A DNA stretch of 63,470 nucleotides, filler included, from Squatina squatina (Eukaryota), in the NCBI GenBank assembly GCA_031763465.1. It is 3 parts of 3 records of this genome, joined end to end, with 100 filler letters (N's around TTAATTAATTAA, not from the genome) between each part and the next. Parts side by side here need not be neighbours in the genome. Positions count along the whole stretch, not along the records: positions 25,175 to 44,113 come from JARFOE010000042.1; 2 more parts are not named here. One strand, written 5' to 3'. Shown piece after piece: positions 25,811 through 38,170 of the stretch. The position numbers were made by a program, and so were the translations under genes. How positions within the stretch are numbered: the stretch's first letter is position 1; each line of letters begins with the position of its first letter. The notes beneath the pieces are model-generated. The model was given only the letters and a program-made list of their open reading frames with translations. It ran no database searches and was not told the origin of the DNA.

Positions 25811-26369
25811 TAAGCTTTCTGGAAAATGCAGGTTTCACCTGGTAATACAGCGATCCGAATCTTGCACAGTTGCATTTCTCCATCTGTGTGCAAGACCTAA
25901 CAGAGCAATCCCCACCTCAAAAATTTGAAAGCACAAAAATTGTTTATGCCACAGATGTCTCGTCCGTGAGTTTCATTGGATCATCGCCTCCTCCCTTCCC
26001 CGCAGGCTCCGGACCCATGATGGGAATTGAAGTCGTTCAGGAGCTGCCTCCTGCTTTTGAAATTACTTGTCAAGTCCCAACTTGAAGTCGCAGTGATTTT
26101 CACCCACCATTATCACCCTGACACTGAATCCATTAAATTGATCCCTTTCATGTCTTTGTTGCATTAGATGCTGACATACACACTGCTGCAGTTGGGCGCG
26201 CCGCTACCTGAGGCAGCACCATCGTGGTTGAACAAAGTCATTTAAAAGCCAGCAAAAAAAAAAGCTCTCNNNNNNNNNNNNNNNNNNNNNNNNNNNNNNN
26301 NNNNNNNNNNNNNNNNNNNNNNNNNNNNNNNNNNNNNNNNNNNNNNNNNNNNNNNNNNNNNNNNNNNNN

Positions 26370-26999
26370 TTAATACAAGAGGATTTGAGTACAGGAGTAA
26401 AGATGTCTTACTGCAATTATATAGGGCCTTGGTGAGACCACACGTGGAGTATTGTGTACAGTTTTGGTCTCCTTACCTAAGGAACAATATACTTGCCATA
26501 GAGGGAGTGCAATGAAGGTTCACCACACTGATTCCTGGGATGACGGGATTGTTGCATGAGGAGAGATTGAATAAATTAGGCCTGTATTCTCTAGAGTTCA
26601 GAATAATGAGAGGTGATCTCATTGAAACGTACAAAATTCTTACAGAGCTCGACAGGGCAGATGCAGGGAGGATGTTTCCCCTGGCTGGGGAATCTAGAGT
26701 GAGGGGTCATAGTCTCAGAATAAGGGGTAGGCCATTTAGGACTGAGATGAGGAGAAATTCCTTCACTCAGAGGGTTGTGAATCTTTGGAATTCTCTGCCC
26801 CAGAGGGCTGTGGAGGCTCAGTCCTTGAATACATTCAAGACAGAGATCGATAGATTTCTAGATATTAAAGGCATATGGGGATAGTGCAGGGAAATGGTGT
26901 TGAGGTGGAAGATCAGCCATGATCTTGTTGAATGGCAGATCAGGCTCGAGGGGCCGAATGGCCTACTCCTGCTCCTATTTCTTATGTTCTTATGTTCTA
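26370..26999 (+). mobile_element. CR1 LINE 3' portion with intact tail
   Basis: ORF GLLHEERLNKLGLYSLEFRIMRGDLIETYKIL...RVVNLWNSLP, ending in the (ttcttatg)n tail. An in-frame stop lies upstream. Confidence 0.92.
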
Positions 27000-27624
27000 T
27001 TCAACTATTGTTGATTGAGGAGAGGGGCTGGTAAGGCAGTGCATGTGTATTCAAATGCACACACAGCGCTCTGCTCACCAGTCTCCAATTGCCGAGGACA
27101 ATTCGAGTAGTTGCAAAGAACTGACAAGATATTCAACTGTTTGTGATCATCGGATATGGTAAAGTGGCAGAGTAGAATGCCTGAAGAAGCAGCTTAAGTT
27201 GAAATTGCTGTTCACTAACTGTGATTACTTGTGGGTCATTGTGTTCAGTGGTGTAGCAGCTGCCTTTACCATGTGGTGTCTCAACTATAACTTCATTGCT
27301 GGACAATGGAGAAATACATTGAATTACAAAATTTGTACTGTGCAAAGCTAAAGCAAACTAATAATTCAGAATCCATAGCTTCACTGACAACCGAATAGGT
27401 AAAGCACTATTCCCTGTAAACCTGGGCAAGATGAATGGCTTTTTTCCATCTTTTTCTTACATTTTCTTATTCTAAGCTGCACAGCAATGTTCCCTCTGAT
27501 TTCTTTTTCCGCGCACGGATTTTAAAATTTGCTATACCCTCTCTCCTCCAGCTTGTGAGCAGCCTGTGCAGGACCTCCTCATTGCTCCACAGATTAGGGG
27601 GACTGTTGCTGCACAGACCACATC

Positions 27625-27715
27625 TTTTCTCTGGTTCTGATCAAATGTCATCGACCTGAAATGTTAACTCTGTTTCTCTCTCCACAGATGCTGCCTGACC
27701 CGCTTTCCAGCATTT
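27625..27715 (-). mobile_element. Penelope-like element terminal fragment
   Basis: gacctgaaatgttaactctgtttctctctccacagatgctgcctgacc, the reverse of the motif at about 45620-45680. Confidence 0.55.
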
Positions 27716-28037
27716 TTTTTTCAGAAGGTCTGAGATTCAATTTCTGTTTGTGCTCAGTTAGCTGATCTCACAGCACTTTGGAGTGTTAGAGCCGGCCTCG
27801 ATAGCTTCCCTGGATTAGCGGGAAATCAGTCACTGCTCTCACTCCTAGGCCAGAATTTTCAGTGGTGTCAGCGTGCGGATCAGGTGGGAAAGTGTTTTTT
27901 ATCACAGTGGGTCAGGAAACCATTGTCAACTTGCCACNNNNNNNNNNNNNNNNNNNNNNNNNNNNNNNNNNNNNNNNNNNNNNNNNNNNNNNNNNNNNNN
28001 NNNNNNNNNNNNNNNNNNNNNNNNNNNNNNNNNNNNN

Positions 28038-29370
28038 GATGGGGAGAAGGTGGAGGGAACAGTGTCTCTGTGATGGGGAGTAGGAGGAGGGAACAGTGCC
28101 TCTGTGATGGGGAGAAGGTGGAGGGAACAGTGTCTCTGTGATGGGGAGTAGGAGGAGGGAACAGTGCCTCTGTGATGGGGAGGAGGTGGAGGGAACAGGG
28201 TATCTGTGATGGGGAAAACGTGGAGGGAACAGTGACTCTGTGATGGGGAGATGCTGGAGTGAACAGGGTCTCTGTGATGGGGAGAAGGTGGAGGGAACAG
28301 TGTCTCTGTGATGGGGAGAAGGTGCAGGGAACAGTGACTCTGTGATGAGGAGATGGTGGAGGGAACAGGGTCTCTGTGATGGGGAGAAGGTGGAGGGAGC
28401 AGTGACTCTGTGATGAGGAGATGGTGGAGGGAACAGTGATTCTGTAAATGGGAGAAGGTGGAGGGAACAGTGTCCACGTGAACTGCGCAGAAGCTGGTGG
28501 GGACAGTGTCTCTGTGATGGGGAGAAGGTGGAGGGAACAGTATCTCTGATGGGGAGATGGTAGAGGGAACAATATCTCTGTGATGGGGAGAATGTGGAGG
28601 GAGCAGTGTCTCTGTGAACTGGGGAGATGCTGGAGGGAACAGTGACTCTGTGATGGGGAGAAGGTGGAGGGACTAGTGTCTCTGTGATGGGGAGAATGTG
28701 GAGGGAACAGTGTCTCTGTGATGGGAGAAGGTGGAGGGAACAGTGATTATGTGAACTGGGGAGAAGGTGGAGGGAACAGTGCCTCTGTGATGGGGTGAAG
28801 GTGGAGAGAACAGTGCCTCTGTGATGGGTAGAATGTGGAGGGGACAGAGTCTCTTTGATGGGGAGAAGGTGTAGGGGACAGTGTCACTGTGATGGGGAGA
28901 ATGAGGAGGGGACAGTGTCTCTGTGATGGAGAGAAGGTGGAAGGAGCTGTGTCTCTGTAATGGGGCGAAGCAGGAGTGAACAGTGTCTCTGGGAGGGGGA
29001 GAAGGTCGAGTGAACAGTGTCTCTGGGAGCGGGCAAAGTTGAAGTGAACAGTGGCTCTGCGATGGGGGGAAGGTGGAGGGATCAGTGTCTCACCGATCGG
29101 GAGAAGGTGGAGGGAACAGTGTCTCTGTGATGGGGAGCAACAGGAGGGAACAGTGATTTGTGAACTTGGGAAATGGTGGAGCAGGTTGAGGGAATAGTGT
29201 CCCTGTGATGGGGTGATGGTGGATGGAACACTGATTCTGTGATGTGAACAAGGTGGAGTGAACTGTGTCTCTGTGATGGGGAGATGGTGGAGGGAACAGT
29301 GTCTCTGTGTTCTGGAGAAGATGGAGAGGAACAAGGGGTCTCTGCGAGGAGGAGAAGGTGGAGAGGAACA
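28038..29370. repeat. 34-bp G-rich minisatellite (GATGGGGAGAAGGTGGAGGGAACAGTGTCTCTGT)n
   Basis: About 39 copies, more degenerate towards the right. Fills a whole contig. Confidence 0.95.
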
Positions 29371-29522
29371 NNNNNNNNNNNNNNNNNNNNNNNNNNNNNN
29401 NNNNNNNNNNNNNNNNNNNNNNNNNNNNNNNNNNNNNNNNNNNNNNNNNNNNNNNNNNNNNNNNNNNNNNGGTAGACGCGCCCCCACTGCCCCACGCCAC
29501 CAAGCGTTCCCCCTTCTCCTCC

Positions 29523-29750
29523 TCAGGCAGTGGACGTGCTGGCGGGTGACGAGCCTGAAGAGCCGCCGCTGCTTCCCGCGCTCCGCATCTGAGCCTGGAG
29601 CTGGGACAGCTGGTCCGGGTTGGCCAGCGACTTCAGCAGGGCGTTCTCCCGCTCCAGCAGAGAGTTCCGGTCGATCAGCTCCTTGATCTGCTCCTTCAGC
29701 ACCTCCACCTCCTCGCGCACCGCGTACATCAGGTGACTCTTGACCAGATC
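29523..29750 (-). CDS. TSC22-domain family gene, last coding exon (TSC box and leucine zipper)
   Basis: ctctgcag|GATCTGGTC... encodes [54 protein letters not shown]...STA-stop. Paralog (TSC22D1/2/4) unresolved. Confidence 0.93.
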   Translation of the reverse strand, partial: DLVKSHLMYAVREEVEVLKEQIKELIDRNSLLERENALLKSLANPDQLSQLQAQMRSAGSSGGSSGSSPASTSTA

Positions 29751-30127
29751 CTGCAGAGCACGGGATGAAAAGAGAGACTCTCAGCCCAAAGCCGCACGCA
29801 GAACGGAACCAGGAGAAGGAACTATCAGGAGAAAGATTCAAAGATTCAAAAATTCATCCCTCCACAACCCTCTCCCTTGGCACCCATTATTACCACCATC
29901 CGTCCACAATCCATTCCCCTACACTCAACAGCCATTCCTATCAACTACACCAACTGCTGCCAAATTAAATCATTTTATGTAGACTTTTACCATTGATTAA
30001 TAGGAGGTCGAATCTGTACAATGAATGNNNNNNNNNNNNNNNNNNNNNNNNNNNNNNNNNNNNNNNNNNNNNNNNNNNNNNNNNNNNNNNNNNNNNNNNN
30101 NNNNNNNNNNNNNNNNNNNNNNNNNNN

Positions 30128-30350
30128 TCCCCGGTGTCCTGGCCAATATTTATCCCTCAGTCGTCATCACCAAAACAGATTATCCGGTCATTATCATAAT
30201 GCTGTTTGTGGGAGCTTGCTGTGCACAAATTGGCTGCGGCGTTTCCCACATTACAACAGTATCTACACTCCAAAAGTAGTTCCTTGTCTGTAAAGTGCTT
30301 TGGGATGTCCGGTGGTCATGAACGGCGCTATATAAATGCAAGTCTTTTTT
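30128..30350 (+). mobile_element. Deu-domain SINE 3' half
   Basis: ggtgtcctggccaatatttatccctca...gggagcttgctgtgcacaaattggctgc...gcgctatataaatgcaagtc. Confidence 0.8.
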
Positions 30351-31023
30351 TTTCTTTACTTAACACGTGCAGCAGAGCCATATGCTGGTTTAAAGGACAA
30401 TTTAAAATTAATAGTGGGGATTTTCTTTGAAAGCTCTGCATTGCTCCATGACTGAAGTGGTACCAGATTAAAGAAGGCATGCCAGGGATATCAGCTGGCA
30501 CAAGAGCCAGACATGAAACTAGCCACAACTACAGGCCTTGGCACACCCACCGAGGACAACTGGTTCCATAGTTGACAAGTTGGCAAGCAGCAGTTTGTGA
30601 TGTGCAGACTTGTGCCTGGTATATAGTACTGTTGGCAAGCCTTACCTTGGCAGCATTGTTCAGGTGCTCCATCTTCTTTCGACTTACTAGTCTGCACAGC
30701 CTGGCTGCCATCTCCTTAAGCACTTCTGTCCCCAGGGAGGGTGCCCTAGAGTGGCAAGCTGGATAGCCCTCTTTATACCCATCTCATGTTGTGACACCCC
30801 CACTTCACCAGCCATCAAAAAAAGGATGTGAGTGTTGTGCCCCTCCATCACGTTCCTGCTACCACATTTATTTTGCCAGCCTCGTTTTTTTTTGCCTTTA
30901 TGCAACAAATTTTCCCCATTTGCAGCCGCATACCTTTATGCACATGTGGCTGGGGATCAGAATAACTAGTCATTCTTAAAATAGCTACAGGCAGCTATTT
31001 TAAAAGGGCAATATGTGTGTGGA

Positions 31024-31159
31024 CAGATAGAAACATAGAAAATAGGAGAAGTAGGCCATTCGGCCCTTCGAGCCTGCTCCATCATTCAATATGATCATGG
31101 CTGATCCTCTATCTCAACGCCATATTCCCGCTTTCTCCCCATACCCCTTGATGTCTTTA
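31024..31159 (-). mobile_element. CR1 3' tail
   Basis: atagaaacatagaaaataggagaagtaggccattcggcccttcgagcctgctcc. Confidence 0.8.
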
Positions 31160-32314
31160 NNNNNNNNNNNNNNNNNNNNNNNNNNNNNNNNNNNNNNNNN
31201 NNNNNNNNNNNNNNNNNNNNNNNNNNNNNNNNNNNNNNNNNNNNNNNNNNNNNNNNNNNCCCTTCTAAAATTAACATTGGCCTGTTGTACCCCGCCTTCA
31301 GGAAGAGTATTCAAGTTCACAACAACTCGCTGAGGAAAATGAAACATCATCTCCGACTTGGCTTTTTTGCTGCCTATTTCATATCTGTCTCATCTGGTGA
31401 ACAACTTCTGGAATTAGTTTCTCTCTATATTTACCATGTGCAAAACTCCTCAAACATTGTAACTCCTCTAATAATTCTCCACTTTGTTCTCCTTCCTCTA
31501 AGGCGAACAGTGTAGGATTCACTGCTGTTTCTACTTCATTGAATTCACTCAGCCTTGGTACTTTCTGGTAAATCTCCTCTGCTCAGTCTACAAGGCCTTG
31601 AAATCTTTCTTCAGTGTGGTTTCAACAATTGGACACAGTAATCTATCTGAACTCCAACAAGTGATTTATGTTTTGGACACAGCTCAACCAACAGGTGGGT
31701 GATCTGCAAAATCAGAGTGACCCTGAGCAGCCAGTTGAAAATATACCTTATCACGCTGCAGCGAACTCATATCTGAGGCATCAACTATATCGTTAATTTA
31801 TGATTTCAAAATTCTCAAACTGGGCAGCAAAAATTGTTCCCTCCCTTACCACCTTTATTAGGTGATGGCGTCCGGCGTTGTGGCGAAAACTGTGCACAGA
31901 TGGAAGCAATTCCATCATAAAACATTTGTTATTAATCAGCGTCCAGTTATATTAAGCGCACGATTATCAGCTCAGATTGCTTAACCAACAGCTCAAAGGA
32001 ATAAGGCATCATTATTTTCCAAAGTCCATGGATTAGCTACTAACATAAATCGAACGTTAGCATTCATAACTGCAAAAATAATATAAGTAACTTATTTGTG
32101 TGCTCTATTCAGCCCCTGCAAATAAATATCCAATAAATCTTAACAGAGTTTGAAACGCAGAAAACAAAGGGTGCTTTCAGCGCTTATTAAGCAAGAGGGA
32201 GCTTTGGGTGAGATTTTTGTTGCAGCTTTAGAGAATACCATCTGTTTCAATCTGTAGCTCCCATGCCTGGAGAAAATATGAGCGCAAATACAGCGTCACA
32301 GAAATAAAGGTGCA

Positions 32315-32742
32315 GGATTAGGCCATTCGGCCCTTCGAGCCTGGACCGCCATTCAATATGATCATGGCTGGTCAGGCAACTCAGTCCCCCGTAACTGCTT
32401 TCTCTCTATACCCCCTGATCCCTTTAGCCGTAAGGGCCACATCTTACTCACTTTTGAATACAGCGAAAGAACTGGCCTCAAGAGCTTTCTGTTGTAGAGA
32501 ATTCCACAGGTTCAAACTCTCTGGGTGACAAGGTTTTTCCTCATCTCAGTCCTAAATGGCTTCCCTATTATCCTCAAACCGTGATCCCTGGTTCTCGGGG
32601 TGAAAAAGGTTTTTCCTCCTCTCGGTCCGAAATGGCTTACCTCTTATACTCAAACTGTAAGCTCTGGTTCTGGACTTCCCCGACATCGGGAACATTCTTC
32701 CTGCATTTAGACTGTGCAATCCCTTAAGAATATGATATGTTT
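32315..32742 (-). mobile_element. CR1 3' fragment with a short internal tandem duplication
   Basis: Family tail plus GRMFPMSGKSRTRAYSL. The block gggtga..aaggtttttcctc.tctc.gtcc.aaatggctt.cc occurs twice (about 32523 and 32598). Confidence 0.8.
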
Positions 32743-32914
32743 NNNNNNNNNNNNNNNNNNNNNNNNNNNNNNNNNNNNNNNNNNNNNNNNNNNNNNNNNN
32801 NNNNNNNNNNNNNNNNNNNNNNNNNNNNNNNNNNNNNNNNNNCTCCAAAAGTACTTATTTGGATATAAAGCATTTTGGGATGACCAGTGGTTGTGTCTTT
32901 CTTTCATATAAATC

Positions 32915-33572
32915 ACTGGTTAGGCCTCAGCTGGAGTATTATGGGAAATTCTGGGCATGCTTCAGGAAAGGTGTAAAGGCCTTTAAAGGGTACTGAGGGA
33001 GTTAACCAGGATGCTACCATGGATGAGGGACTTCAGTTATGAGGAGAGGTTGGAAAAGTTAGGACTGTTCTCCTTGGAACAGAGAACGTTAAGAGGTGAC
33101 CTAATAGAGGTTTGAGAGACAGAAGTTCTGAGGGTAGAGAAAAATTATTCCTTCTGCTGAGTAGGTCAATAACCAAACATCATAGACTTAAGATCATTAG
33201 CAAAAAATCTTGAGGGGAGACGGAGAGATTTTTTTTCCCCCACTCAGTTGTCGGGATCTGGAACACTCTACTGAAAAGGTGGTGGAAGCTGATTCCATAA
33301 ATAATTTTAAAAAGGAAGTTGGACAGGTACTTTGTGAATGAGGAACTTACAAAATTACAGGCATGAAGCAGGGGTGTGGGACTAAGCATGACTGCTCTTT
33401 CGAAGAGCCAGCACAGGCACGACAGTCTGAATGGCCTGCTTCTGTGCTGTAAGTTCTAGGATTCTAATCTGGGATTGTTCTCCTTAGAGCAGCAGATTTG
33501 ATAGGTGCTCAAAATCATGAAGGGTTTTGATGGAGCAAATAAGGAGAAACTGTTTCCAGTGGCAGATGGGTC
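32915..33572 (+). mobile_element. Two CR1 3' fragments (second subfamily)
   Basis: ggttaggcctcagctggagtat...gaggagaggttggaaaagttaggactgttctcc, and MKGFDGANKEKLFPVADG. Confidence 0.8.
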
Positions 33573-33672
33573 NNNNNNNNNNNNNNNNNNNNNNNNNNNN
33601 NNNNNNNNNNNNNNNNNNNNNNNNNNNNNNNNNNNNNNNNNNNNNNNNNNNNNNNNNNNNNNNNNNNNNNNN

Positions 33673-34150
33673 AAAGTCCCAGGCAATGAATATCTCCAAC
33701 ACCCGAGAATCTAACCACTGCCCCTTGATATTCAATTGCATTACCATCACTGAATTCTCCACCATCAACATCCTGGGAGTCAACATTGACCAGAAACTTA
33801 ACTGGACCAGTCACATAAACACTGGCTATAATAGCAGGTCAGAGGCGGGGGTATCCTGTGGCGAGTGTCTCATCTCCTGACTCCCCAAAGCCTTTCCATC
33901 ATCTACAAGGCACAAGTCAGGAGTGTGATGGAATACTCTCCACTTGCCTGGATGAGTGCCGCTGCAACAACACTCAAGAAGCTCGACACCATCCAGGACA
34001 AAGCAGTCCGCCTGATCGGCATCCCTTCCACGACCTTAAACGTTCACTCCTTGCACCACCGGCGCACTGTGGCTGCAGTGAGTATCATCTGCAAGATGCA
34101 CTGCAGCAACTCGCCAGGGCTTCTTCGGCAGCACCTCCCAAACCCCCGAC
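33673..34150 (+). mobile_element. Non-LTR retrotransposon RT C-terminal fragment (third LINE family)
   Basis: SHLLTPQSLSIIYKAQVRSVMEYSPLAWMSAAATTLKKLDTIQDKAVRLIG. Same family at 61038-61744. Confidence 0.8.
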
Positions 34151-34308
34151 ATAGAAACATAGAAACATAGAAGGTAGGAGCAGGAGTAGGCCATTCGGCC
34201 CTTCGAACNNNNNNNNNNNNNNNNNNNNNNNNNNNNNNNNNNNNNNNNNNNNNNNNNNNNNNNNNNNNNNNNNNNNNNNNNNNNNNNNNNNNNNNNNNNN
34301 NNNNNNNN

Positions 34309-34576
34309 TCTTTATATCCTCTCCTCTCAACCGATTCTCCCGCTCTTTATATCCGCTCCTCTCAATAGATTTTCCACTCTTTATGTCCTCTCCTCTCAGC
34401 AGATTCTCCCTCTTTTTATATCCGCTCCTCTCAACAGATTCTCCTTCTCTTTGTATCCGCTACTCTCTGCAGATTCTCCAGCTCTTTCCATTCACTCCTC
34501 TCAGCAGATTCTCCCGCTCTTTATATCTGCTCCTGTCAGCAAATTCTCCTGCTCTTTATATTCGCTCCTCTCAACA
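34309..34576. repeat. 34-35-bp pyrimidine-rich minisatellite (TCTTTATATCCGCTCCTCTCAGCAGATTCTCCCGC)n
   Basis: About 8 copies, running directly into a CR1 fragment. Confidence 0.85.
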
Positions 34577-34577
34577 G

Positions 34578-34822
34578 AGATTCACAACCCTCTGAAAAAA
34601 GAAATTCCTCCTCATCTCAGTCCTGAATGGGTGACCCCTCATTCTGAGACTATGCCCCCTAGTTCTAGATTCCCCCTAACGGGGAAACATCCTCTCAGTG
34701 TTTACCCTGTCAAGCCCCTTCAGCATCTTGTAGGTTTCAATGTGATCGCCTCTCATTCTTCTAAACCCCAGCGAGTGTAGGCCCAACCTGCTCAATCGTT
34801 CCTCATACGACAATCCTTCCAT
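34578..34822 (-). mobile_element. CR1 fragment
   Basis: ttcacaaccctctga..aagaaattcctcctcatctcagtcctgaatgg... Confidence 0.8.
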
Positions 34823-34922
34823 NNNNNNNNNNNNNNNNNNNNNNNNNNNNNNNNNNNNNNNNNNNNNNNNNNNNNNNNNNNNNNNNNNNNNNNNNNNNNN
34901 NNNNNNNNNNNNNNNNNNNNNN

Positions 34923-35227
34923 AGGGGTCACAGTCTCAGAATAAGGGGTCGGCCATTTAGGACTGAGATGAGGAGAAATTTCTTCACTCAGAGGGTGGTA
35001 AATCTTCAGAATTCTCTACCCCAGAGGGCTGTGGAAGCTCAGTCGTTGAACATATTCAAGACAGAGATCGATAGATTTTTGGATATTAAAGGAATCAAGG
35101 GATATGGGGATAGTGCAGGAAAATGGAGTTGAAGTAAGAGATGATCTTGTTGAATGGTGGAGCAGGCTCGAGGGGCCAAATGGCCTATTCCTACTCCTAT
35201 TTCTTATGTTCTTCTGTTCTTATGTTC
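34923..35227 (+). mobile_element. CR1 3' end with tail
   Basis: Closely similar to 26702-26999. Confidence 0.88.
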
Positions 35228-35229
35228 AA

Positions 35230-36295
35230 TGGCGAGTTGGAAAGCTGTGTGCAGTGGAGGAAGTTATGGCGATAAGGAAGGATGAGGTCTTAGAGGGATT
35301 GAAAAACAAAGACAATAATATTAAACTTGAAACAGTGAAGGAGTAGAAACCAAAGTAGGTCAGCGAGGACAGGGGTGATGAGCAAGTGCAACTTGGTGTG
35401 GGATAGGATGCTGTCGGTAGAGTTATGGATGAGCCGAGGTTTATGGAAGGTGGAGGATAGGAAGCCAGCAAGCAGAGCGTTGGAGGAACTGACTCTGGAG
35501 GTGATGAGGCATGTTTATGAGGATTTTGGCAGAGGATGCATAGAGGTTAGGGCAGAGGGAGGTGATTTGAACAGAGGTGAAAGTAGGCGCTCTTTGTGAT
35601 GGACAGGATATGCAGTTGGAAACTCAAATAGGGGTCAAACAAGACACTGAAAATGCAAGCAATCTGGTTCAAACTGAGACTGTGACCAGGATAGAGTGGA
35701 ATTGGTGGTGTGGGTATCAGTTTTATGGTGGGGGTGGGGGCAAAGAAAATGGAGGTCATTTTAACCTAACTCACCCGCTTTAATGGAAAGTAAATCTGGG
35801 GGTCAGGGGTGTAAAACAGACGACTGTCCCAATCCCATCAGTTTCCCACTGGGCGGGTTACGTTAGAATTACCCCAATGACTTTGGTCTCTCTAGTGTTT
35901 AGCTAGAGAAGGTTCTAATTCCTTCAAATATATATGTTGGACAAGGAATCTGATATCACACAGGCAGTGGAGGGGCTGAGAGAGGTGGTGTAGAGTTAAA
36001 ACTGGTTGTCATTAGCGTACATGTAGAAGCTGACCCAAGTTTGTGGATGCTGTCACTAAAGGGCAGCATGTAGAGGAAGAGGGCAAGAGTGATAATACAC
36101 GTGTATCAAAAGAAACCGTAGCTAGAGAAGCCATGGCTATGATCAGATAGGAAAGAGTAGAACCAAACAAATGGCATCCCATCAAGTTGGACAACAGAGG
36201 AGAGGCATTAGAGAAGAATAGTGTTGTTGATCTGGTCAGTGGTTGCAGAGAGGTGTAAAGATAATGAGGATAGATTGTGCACCTGGTCACAATCA
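35230..36295 (-). mobile_element. Old L2-like LINE ORF2 relic interrupted by a small MITE
   Basis: Remnant VLFDPYLSFQLHILSITKSAYFHL (L2 RT C-terminal pattern). Purine-rich on the + strand. Confidence 0.55.
35751..35875. mobile_element. About 125-bp MITE with imperfect terminal inverted repeats of about 25 bp
   Basis: Left end ggaggtcattttaacctaactcaccc. Right end gggcgggttacgttagaattacccc (reverse complement ggggtaattctaacgtaacccgccc). Confidence 0.6.
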
Positions 36296-36436
36296 CAAAG
36301 AAAGAGAAAGTTATTACTGAAATCAGTGAAACACAGTAAATATCTGCACAAGATTATTGGTTGTTAGATATCGTCAAGGTCATAAGTGGAAATAATTTAT
36401 CAAAATTCACTGCTGAGCATGACATACTCTACTTAC

Positions 36437-37665
36437 ACTGTAAGTGTTGGTCCCTTAGAGGCTGAGACAGGAGAAATTGTAATGGGGAATAAGGCAATGG
36501 CAGAGACTTTAAACACATATTTTGTATCTGTCTTCACAGTAGAAAACACAAAAAGCATACCAAAAATAGCAGGGAACCAAGGGGCTAATAAGAGTGAGGA
36601 ACTTAAAGCAATTAATATCAGTACAGAAAATGTAATTGAGAAACTAATGGTACCAAAAGCTGACAAATCCCCTGGGCCTGATGTCTTACGTCCTAGGATT
36701 CCAAAAGAGGGGGCTACAGAGATAGAGGATGCATTGATTGTGATCTTCCAAAAGTCCCTAGACTCCAGAATGGTCCCAGCGGATTGGAATATAGCAAATG
36801 TAAACCCCGCTAATCAAGAAAAGAGGGAGAGTGAAAACAGGGAACTACAGGCCAGTTACCCTGACATCAGTCGTCAGGAAAATGCTGGAATCCATTATTA
36901 AGGAAGTGGTAACTTAGAAAATCATAACATGGTTTTATGAAAGGGAAATCATGTTTAACAAATTTATTAGAGTTTTTTGAGGATGTAACTAGCAGGGTAG
37001 ATAAAGGGGAACCAGTGGATGTAGTACATTTGGATTTACAGAAAGCTTTCGATCAGGTGTCACATAAAAGGTTGTTATGCAAGATAAGGGCTTACAGGGT
37101 TGGGGGTAATACATTAGCATGGATAGAGGATTGGTTAACGGATAGAAAACAGAGGATCGGGAAAAACAGGTCATTTTTAGGTTGGCAGGCTGCAACAAGG
37201 ATCAGTGCTGGGGCCTCAGCTATTTACAATCTATATCAATGACTTGGATGAAGGGACCGAGTGCAATGTATCTATGTTTGCTGACGATACATAGCTATAT
37301 GGGGAAGTAAGCTGTGAAGAGCACTCAAAGAGCCTGCAAAGGGATAAAGACAGGTTAAATGAGATGGCAGGTGGAGTAAAATGTGGGGAAATATGAGGTT
37401 ATTCACTTTAGCATGAAGAATAGAAAAACAGAATATTTTTTAAATGGTGAGAAACTATTAAATGTTGGTGTTCAGAGAGATTTAGGAGTCCTCGTACAGG
37501 AAACACAGAATGTTAACATGCAGGTACAGCAAGCAATTTGGAAGGCAAATGGTATGCTGGCCTTCATTGCCAGGGGTTGGAGTACAAGAGTAAGGAAGTC
37601 TTGCTACAAATGTACAGGGCTTTGGTGAGACCACACCTGGAGTACTGTGCAGAGTTTTGGTCTCT
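36437..37665 (+). mobile_element. CR1 ORF2 (reverse transcriptase) relic, frameshifted
   Basis: KADKSPGPDVLRPRI, GKSCLTNLLEFFEDVT, DLQKAFDQVSH, FADDT and YRALVRPHLEYC motifs. Confidence 0.92.
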
Positions 37666-38170
37666 TTATAGAAACATAGAAGATAGGAGCTGGAGTAGGC
37701 CATTCGGCCCTTCGAGCCTGCTCCGCCATTCAATGAGATCATGGCTGATCTTCCAAATTCAGTACCCTNNNNNNNNNNNNNNNNNNNNNNNNNNNNNNNN
37801 NNNNNNNNNNNNNNNNNNNNNNNNNNNNNNNNNNNNNNNNNNNNNNNNNNNNNNNNNNNNNNNNNNNNCGATGCGGGTCTTTATGACTTAATGTGCCGAC
37901 CCGCCGCGGAATTCGCCGGGCCAGGCGTTAAGGGCTTTGCACTCCAGCTGAATTCCCTGGGAGATGAGATGGCCACCTCCCAGAGCCATTTTGTCCTGTT
38001 TCGCCCAGTTAGCGCCCCTTGAAGGCGCGAACAGGGCATAATGGGAGATGAATTTCTAGCCACAAGTAAATACCACTGATTCAACAAAAATATCATCGAT
38101 ATTAGGAACTTCCAGCTAATGTTTTATGCAATTTTATGACTTTAAAAATAATAAATAATACCAAACCTAA

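Noticed and set aside
28038-29370. CRISPR-like appearance of 34-bp periodic repeats
   Set aside because: The units are head-to-tail with no unique spacers, there are no cas genes, and the context is eukaryotic.
28747-29841. 364-aa ORF overlapping TSC22D
   Set aside because: It is an alternative frame of a GC-rich exon read through a gap into minisatellite.
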